A stretch of DNA of 64,000 nucleotides from Podarcis filfolensis (Eukaryota). The stretch lies in the NCBI GenBank assembly GCA_964270895.1, contig OZ185440.1; one strand, written 5' to 3'. Every line of letters begins with the position of its first letter. The stretch's first letter is position 1. A model generated the notes under the pieces. It was not told the DNA's origin and made no database searches. It worked only from the letters and a program-made list of their open reading frames with translations. Position numbers and translations under genes: made by a program. Positions 55,426 through 64,000 of this stretch are shown piece by piece.

Positions 55426-58400
55426 CCTCTGAACTTTGATCCTCCTCTTTCTCCCCACCCTCCGCCCCCTCCATGCAACTTAGGCACCAACATCTGACCA
55501 TACGCTGCAGCCACTTCCTGTTAAGTGCTAATACATATATGCCTATTTCCTCCCTCTCTCCCTCCTCAACCCCCGTTTATGATTATTTAGCCGCAGGAAC
55601 CACAGTATCACATGGCTAGAGATTTGCTTCTCAACCATTGTTTTCTCAACCATTATTTGAGAGAGTTTCTCAGGAGAGAAACTGCCAGCTTTGATACATC
55701 TTGTTCCTTCAAGTTGGGTTCCGTGTGTCTGTAACAGTCACTTTCCCTTGTTGAAGTTGCATGCGTGAAGAAACAAGGTTCAGATTCTCTTAAAGCAGAT
55801 GTGTGTACAACATCAGATGGTGCAGTTGTGGGGATAGCTCTATTTTATGTGCAGAATCTGAATCTTAGATGCCTCCCTGTGCCTTTAGGGAGAAGGGATG
55901 GGCACTAAGAGGATGCCGTTATTAGAGGGGGATCTGAATCAGGTATTGGACATGAAAGTGAACCCAGTCTTCCATTGGGGGGGGGGAGAGGGAATGGTAC
56001 CTGATTTTTACAGTTTTTCTGTTTGTGTATTCTCTCTCTCTCTCTCTCTCTGTTTCCATGGTGGTATCAATCACCAGAGATAAGAGTGACTTTTAAAGTC
56101 TTAAAAATGTCTTCTGAACAATGTGGCTTGAAGAAGGCCAAGCAACAAGGAGTTATGAGAGCACCATTTTCTCTGAGAGAATGGCCTCTGGGGGAAATGA
56201 GTTGTATATGAATTAAGAGCAGATCACATAGGCACTCTGTGTTAGCTGAGGTGATTTCTGTTCAATTTGACTTTAGGGTTTTACTATTTTGACTCTCAGA
56301 TTAATGAAGTCATTGGCCCTATAAGGTCAACATCCCAATTCCACACCTGATAATAATAATAATAAATGATCCCAAATAATGTTGCATGAGTCCAGGCCAT
56401 GGTCGCTGTATACTTTCGGAAGGCTTATTATGGGAAGAGGGGTAGCTCCTCAGACAGTGCAAAATGTAAAGAAGTTGGGCCAGGCCAGCTATAGTAATGA
56501 GCTATTACTACAGCTTCTCTTGCATTTCGTGTGTTGAAGAGTTAACAGTAACAGGAATGTAAATGCCTTTGTGAAATTGCAAATGACTTGGTGCTATGGA
56601 GTTGGGCCTAGTTACATCACAAAGCACCTTCCTCAGTTATAATTGGAATGAGGCATAGCAATACGGCTTCTCCACATTTCTCATTAGCAGTGCCTTCCCT
56701 TTTAATTTCACTGAAACCGGCCTGCATTCTTTCCCCAAAATTGATGTTGCAGCTTAAGCTGCCTAAAAAGAATAAGTTTTTTTTTAAATGCTGGAGAAGG
56801 TAAATCAGCTCTTGCATTGAACGAGGGTGGTGTCATCCTCATCTTAGCACACATCTCCTAGTATTAAGATGCTGGTCGGGCGACAGCCTTGCAGTGCGTA
56901 GCCATATGGGGAACTTGCTGAAACTCTTCAGAGCATATCTCAGTGAGGGCCAGTTTGTACGAGAGAGAGAGAATGTAAAGCATGGGCATCCACAGTTTTA
57001 AAAACCGAGGGCAAAACTTGGTGTGATGGGTCACCACAGAATGCTTCACCTGGGAAGTGCTGCCTGGAAGCAAAGAGAGAGCCTAGTTGCTTGTAGCTGT
57101 ATCTCCTTTCTGGCGATCATCCCGACGTTCAAAAGTGTACAGCTTTCCTTTGGAAGAACGCACAGCAGAAACTCCTGTGCCTTGTCTAAGCACTGCCCAA
57201 AGCACCGCCTGCCACGTGGGGAGACGGTACTTTGCCAAGAGATAAGTGTTCCTTAAAGAAACAAGCAAAATGAAACTTAATTGAGAGTTTTGGTTTCATT
57301 TTTAAACTCAAAACCCCTTCGCCTTGCGGGTTGATTCCTGAATTCCATTGCAAGTTTGAGGTAGACCTGTGAAAACCCCTTCTCAGTAGATCTTCTGTTC
57401 CAATGCTGGTGTAAAGAGGACTTCAGTGCTAGGCGCAAGGAGCTGCTAATATCTCGGGGGGGTGGGGTGGGGAGAAATAACCATCAGTGACCATCTTAAT
57501 TGCAAATAAGGCACCATTCCATCCCCACAACCCTTGTTTTCCTTCCAGATAAATTCACTTCCATTCATCCGAACATTGGGAGGAATTTAAAGAGCGAAAC
57601 TGCCATCTCTTGCTGCGTGACCTATCAAACAAGACTAAGAAAAACTTTTGTTTAGTTACGTTCTAAAGATTACATTGCTTCAAAGGTCATTTTTCTATTT
57701 TTAAAACTTGCAAAAAAAAAAAAGAAGTGGTGTTATGCGCTTGCATAAATATTTGTGGGAGGGGATACTGATAATTTTTTTGCTGTTGTTTCTTTGATAT
57801 TTTTCCTTACCTCAAACATGTTTTGGAAGAAGAAAACGTGGCCCTCACAAAGTCACTCCCAGAGATCTGTAATTGACCGGTGTGGTGAGGGGGTCTGGCC
57901 TACATTTTAGTCCATTGTTTTTCTTTTTGTGTGTCTAGCTTCCTCGGGAGGGAGGGGCAGGTGGGGAAATAATTATATAAATATTATGCAAAAAATATAT
58001 AGTTTTCTTTAGATCAGAAACAGATATTTTTAAGTCAGCCATATGTATTTTGTTTAAAGGAAACAGAACTGCTGAGTTATGTCACTGCAGTGGAATGTAG
58101 TCACATGGCTGGCGGTTGGAATTTAGTGATGGGCCAGACTCCAGTCGGCTTCCTTTTCTCTGAACAGCCATCTTTGTACTTAAAAAAAAGAAATCAGTTG
58201 TGTTATACAGAAATGTTTTTTATATAAATTATGTTGATATGGCTGGTTGCTTAAAGTATAAGTGTTTATTGTGCATAACATTCTTAATGTAAAATAGGTT
58301 GGGTTTTAGTTTTTTCTTTCTTTCCTATTTTAGTTTCATTGATATAACTGGCAGCAGTTGGCTGGCTTAAGTTATTCAGGAACTATAAAAACAAACAAAA

Positions 58401-60600
58401 CATGTGGCCGAGAAAGAGTGCTGAAGATACGAGGCACGAGCCCCAATCCACAGTCATGTAGGAATACACACACACACACACACACACACCCCAAAATGAA
58501 TGGCCAGCATTTTGGGCTTCCACAGCACGGATCACCTGCTTGGGTGATGGAGGGGCAAGGGAGACTACTACCACCACCTCCCCAAACAGTTGAACAGCAC
58601 TGCCAAAGGTAGACTGCACCAGCCTCCTCTTAGCGGAAAGATAAGTAAAACCAGTTCAACAAAGATCAGCACCTGGTACAGGGCTGCTGCTGTTTTAAGT
58701 CCACAAGGCATTCTTTTATGTGCATTTAGATAGCATCCATGTAAGGCAATCCACGCACCAAAGCCTAGTTCTGTGTATGATCTGCCTTTCGGGGATGGGG
58801 GTAGATTGCAATTTCTCTGAAACATACCATGAAGGGCGGGAAGATATTTGCTGCCAATCGAGTGATCCTTGGGGGGTGGGGATAATTCAAGGTTGTGCCA
58901 TGCCAGACAGGAAATGAGGTAATATCCTGTGATGTGTGTTACTTTGCCTTGGAATGCTGTGTTGTTGTTGTTTTATAAGAGAGAAACAAGAAACCCTGGA
59001 CATAATTTTGCATCCAGTTCTTAATCGTAGGAATTTATTCTCTTTTTGTTAAATAAATTGGCAGATTGGTACCAAAGACATTACATCACTTCCTGTGTGC
59101 AATGAAGACTATCCATTTTTAGGAGTTAGAATTATGTAATTGGTTATTTTTATTGAGTCGCACAGGGATCTGACTTAATTTTTTTCAAAAGTTTTGTGCA
59201 ATAAGTTTTAAGATAATATTATTTTAAAACACAAAAAGACAACTACAGAAGGAAAACAAATCTAATTGTAATTTTAGCCATGGGCAGTCATGAGCAGACA
59301 TCAGTCTTGCTTAAGGGCAAATTTTGAATTATTACTAGAATTCTCTGCCTGTGTTTTCACTTGCCTCTTCTCTTCGAAATCAACACACAAGGCTCTATCG
59401 TGATGGAGCTGAAGTCCACTGAAGACTCCTAATGCCTTTAATTTTAAATGGTCCACATCCCAAGATCCCCTTCATCCACCCAGAGGATCTGTGTCCGCTT
59501 CTCCCCTCTCCATCCCGGTCTACTCTTCCTTTTGGTTGAGGTTAAGACAAATGCTTGAGGTGGGTGCAAGCCTGATTGCAGCCACAGTTTTAAAGAGGAG
59601 CAGGGAGGTCATGGAAGCCTAAGGCCAACCATCATCATCTCTTCACACCTGCTCAAGAGGTCACCGGTCAAGGTTAACTCTGGACAAGGGCTCTTCTTCC
59701 TCAGCAGAGCACCTTGATGAGTGAAGGACAAGCTGTCTGCACCACTGAGGAGAGAATATGGCTACGACGAGAACTCTCTCTCTTTGTCTTGTCCACTCTG
59801 CCTTTAGAACACCTTCAATCATACATTGGAAGCAATGTAGCTTCCATGTCAGTCCTTCTCACACTCTCTGCAGTCATGGTAATAACCATGTTAACCAAAA
59901 GGGGCAAAATCTGCAAATTCATGTGCCCTTTGATGAACCCATGGCTAAGACTACTTGTTTGTTTTTTTCTGCCCATGAATAAATATATATACAGTATTGG
60001 AATAGATATTTGTGTATATATTTATTTGAATGAAAAGGCTTTTCTAAAGAAGCATGCAGATTAGAATTTACGTTTTTTCCCCTTTTTTCCAGTAACTAGT
60101 ATAATAAGCACTGGTATTTTTGTATAAAAAAGAAAAAAAAGACAAAACAAAAGACTGAATATTATGTGGTATGCATGACATAAACAAATGGTGGTTTCAA
60201 AGCAATATGTACCCTGACGTGTTTGCCATATTCTAGAGTCCAGCTTAAAGTGCACCTGATCTGTAATTGCATTTTGATATTATTTAATCTCTATGTACAA
60301 TGTTTTGCATGTATTTATATGGTTCTTGGGAAGAATTTTTTGTTTTGTTTGGGGGGAGGGGTAAGGAGGGAGGGATTGGAATGACTGACAATGAGCTTCT
60401 TCCAGAACATTTGAAACTCCAAGCAGAGGTAATGCTGATTGGAACCATGATGGGGAAATCAAGCCAATTTTTTTTTCAAAGGTGCAACAGGCGGGGAAAG
60501 GGATAAAAGTTTTGAACTAATAAAGCATTTTTTGCTGTTGAGCAAAAACAGTGCGTGAGTGCGTTGAGAGAATAAACTGTGCCCACTTGTAACCGTGATG
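55426..60600 (+). other. ATP2B4: Probable long 3'UTR of ATP2B4 (~5.2 kb)
   Basis: Continues from the stop codon with AU-rich blocks and few recognisable interspersed repeats. AATAAA at 60571-60576 is followed by a U/G-rich stretch near 60620. The end point is inferred. Confidence 0.6.
60571..60576 (+). terminator. Candidate polyadenylation signal AATAAA
   Basis: AATAAA with downstream GTTTTTG. Other AATAAA at 59052 and 59978 could be alternative sites. Confidence 0.5.
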
Positions 60601-63600
60601 TCTTCAATATATGTCCCACCAGTTTTTGAAGTCACTGATCATCTACTGAAGCTGAGATGAAGGAGAACCTGAAGGAATGTAAAAGTTTGGCTTGGAACAA
60701 AATTGTAGTGTGAAAACAGTTTTTTAAAAATATATATAACTAAAATTGATGTGACGTTTTCAATATCCAGTGTGCACAGCTGCACAAAACCTCTGCCACT
60801 TCTGTCACCTCTCTGCAAGGTCCAGAAAGAGCCATCAAATACTAGCCAATGCAGCATGCCAGCACAGAGAGAAATCCAAATGATAATTTATTTCAACGGG
60901 CGAAAGGCAGCATGCAGTGCTTTGGAAATGGTGGATTTTTAATCACAAGCCCACAAAGGTGGAGAAACAACATTGATAATAAATGTTCTTAACACAAGGC
61001 AGCAACTTCCTCCAGTTACAGCAGTTAAGATCTGTAAACAAATAATAAATCAATGTTATTTCTAGCATTTCTTATCCTTTCCAAGAAAGTACCACAGGAG
61101 CAAAAATATAATGCTCCATTTCAGTAGGTTTGTTGAGTGTAAGACGAAAAGATCAGTTCATATATTACACTTGTGGTTTGAGCACTTTGAAAGCATGTTC
61201 TTAAATCAGGCATTGAATGAGCTAGATACATGCACTTATCACACCCTATGTTTCATCATAAAAAACCTGGCAAAAAGTGTTCTGATCATTCTCCTTGAGC
61301 CATGATACGTTTTCATGATGCACATATGGTGAAATAAATGTATGTCCTTCAACTTCCATGGGGTACCTGCTAAAAGTGGGGTGTCTAAAACAATCCGCAC
61401 CATTCAGCAAAATGAGATGCAAAATGTCTTCAGTCTATGAAGGGTATTGTGCTCCACCACATTTCTTTAATAGGAAGAATAAAAAATCTCTATTACAGCA
61501 AACGTTTGCAACTTTAACATCTTGCTTTTCTTCCCTCCTCTCTATTCTATACATGACAGCTGAGTAGTAACTCCCATTCTGCCATTAAATTCATTGGGAC
61601 TTGCTTCCAGCTAAGTGATTATGGGATCGCAGGGATCGCAGTGTAAGCAGGATTACTTCATAGTGCAGTGCAATGGTTCAACAATGCAGCTGATCCTTAT
61701 AAGATAGTAGCAAAAGAAGCCCCCACATATCCAAACCTAACTAGTGAGACGGGATACAAATGTTTTAAGAATCCAGTCTGTACCCTGCTCATGCTGGAAG
61801 AGGGTTAAGCAGGAGTGAATTCTGCATCTAGGAGAATTGTGCACTGAAAGGGCAAGATTCAGTGGATCAGGCAGGCTAGAAAACTTGTCCGTTTCATTTA
61901 ATTTGTATTTTATGATCAAACATTTTTCATCCCAAAAATATTGTTGGAAGCAAATCCCCCAGCTTATTCCAAAACACATTTCTTAAGTCAACATTCTGTG
62001 TAGATAACAGAGGGGGCTTTGATCAAAAGCTCTCCGTTTGGATAAGGAACAACTGCAAAAAGTTTATTTTGTTTCTAACAGTGACCTAGAAGTGAAAGTT
62101 GAGCAGGTGTTTCTCCTTTAATCGACAAGAGGCAACACCTGCTCAAATTCAGTTTCTTGAATGAGAGAACGGAAGCCTTGCTCCTATATTAAGTCTGGGA
62201 AATTATAATAACCCTGCTACTTTCCAATTTGTTGGTGGTTCCTGCTTACTAAGCACCATTCTTGAGGTTTCTCAGCAGTGTGATTTAAATGAGACTCTGG
62301 ATGTGTGAAAAGCCCTTGCCTATGCAGGGCTTCGCATAGCTTGTTGGCCTATTGAAAGCAGTTCTCTGCTAGGGTGGGTCAACTGTGGAAACAAGGCCAG
62401 TCTCCTGCACCTTTTAGAGCAGGAATGTCATCAGGTGCTGTTTGCATGATAAGTTACAGCTGATGAGCTTAGCTCTTCAACACCACTATTAAAGATGAGG
62501 GAGCCTGGCTCTCTTTTTGGATTTAGCCACTGGATTCTCAGCCCATGCAACAGATTCAGCAAGGGTAGCATTTACACAACAACACAGACTGCTGGCATGC
62601 ACAGGTAGGCTCATGGTTTTAAATGTGCTGAGCACCATAGAATCCTGTCCAGGGTGGTTTTGCTTTTGTGCACAAAAGTCTCATTTAAATCAGGCCAGGA
62701 TAATGCTAAAACAAATGGTCAAGTAATGCTAATGGAGAAGTTTGCTGTTTTGGAGAGTAGGTAAATGTGTTAGTGCGATCTCAGGCTGGGGAGAGAAGCA
62801 AGCAGGCCTGTGAATCTCCAAAGGGCCATGATTTTCTTTGTATGTAATTCTTTGTAATACTATCCCTTTGTGATTAAAAAACCTGAGCCAAATAAGTACT
62901 TGGCAGAGAGCAGGATGATTGCAGGGTCACAGCAAGGTCATCGTTGCTTCCAAAATTGCAAGTGAGATACAGATGTTATAGCTGAGCAGTTTCCTATTAT
63001 GGTTGTTTTTCCTATGCTGCCATACAATGATGCCAAATTACTTGTGGTTGTTGGACTTTCCTTTAAAAGAGCAGATCAATTATTTACCTGATCATTGTCT
63101 GAATTCTGTGGCCTGTGTGGTTCTTGTTAGCGTGTGACCTGTGCTCCTTTTGTGCCATAACCTGGTAGATGTGAAAGCTGCCATTTTTGTGCCTTTCAAC
63201 CAGCCCACCACTGCCCACACTCCCTGTTCCATCATCTGCCGATGATTTGCAGCTGCTGTTTCTTGACAAATGAGTGATAGAGGAACTTTTGGAGATTTCA
63301 GGTTACAGCCACTCCCAAGTAATACTTCATTGGCAATCCTGGGACCAAGATCTATTAGAGACCAAAAAAGGAAGCCCTGTTCAGGCATTCAGTTTATTAT
63401 GCACGAGAGTCTTAATGCTGCCTCTCCATGATGCCACTGTTTCCATGCATGCTGCTTTCCATGAGCTGAAGAGCAAACGCATGCAGCGGGGAGTCTCCTG
63501 CATTTGTGAAGCTTCTGCATGGGATTTAGGACCCTGAACAATCATGCACACAGGGTGGTCTTCACTGCAGAAATTCACTTTCCAACCTTTTCAGCATTCT

Positions 63601-64000
63601 TGGGAATAGTGACATGACTGCAGGAGCAGGGTTGGCCAGCAGGTCCCTGCCTTTTCCACACAAGATAAGCCTAAACAAGGCTGCAGTAAAGGCCACAGCA
63701 TCAATAGTTGGGTATATGCTACGGGCTTCATCAAACATTAGCAAGTATAGTGCAAGTTACGGATACATGTGTTGCAACATAGGTGTGCATTATAGGTATA
63801 ACAGCTAGAGGACTCAATGGCTCGTGTTTTCTCGAACAGCCAATTGATGACAGCCTGAAATTAGATGAAAGTTTCAGATGGACAAAGCCATCAAGCTGGA
63901 ATTCTTGGCAGACTATCCATCTTAATGGGGTCAGCCCGGAAGTTCCTTTTGGAGGTTACACAGCAGCCTGCATAGGTGACTTTGGATTCTTTCTAGAAAC

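Noticed and set aside
60650-64000. Neighbouring gene downstream of ATP2B4
   Set aside because: Only short ORFs with no recognisable homology or exon chain were seen.

Overview
Vertebrate (squamate, probably lacertid lizard, inferred from its repeat families) genomic DNA. The window holds the 3' ~90% of the plasma-membrane Ca2+-ATPase 4 gene ATP2B4 (PMCA4) on the + strand. I traced 19 GT-AG coding exons by hand from 10775 to 55425, and they join in one open frame. They include the 36-nt splice-site-A exon (16890-16925), the alternative splice-site-C exon (45983-46181, 'a' form ending NQSGECVP*) and the terminal exon ('b' form ending ETSV*). A ~5.2-kb 3'UTR probably ends near 60600. The first coding exons lie upstream of the window. 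Introns carry many squamate repeats (CR1, L2, BovB/RTE, Sauria SINE, tRNA-headed SINEs, hAT and Tc1/mariner-type MITEs), several of them nested, plus one 131-N assembly gap. Nearly all other ORF-track entries are intronic or repeat-derived noise. I found no evidence of a wholly new biological system. The best leads are candidate extra PMCA4 splice options at sites A and C, a PMCA1-like, polyalanine-expanded site-C exon, and a few unusual transposon insertion structures. Exon numbers and paralog comparisons are from recall of the human genes, not from a search.
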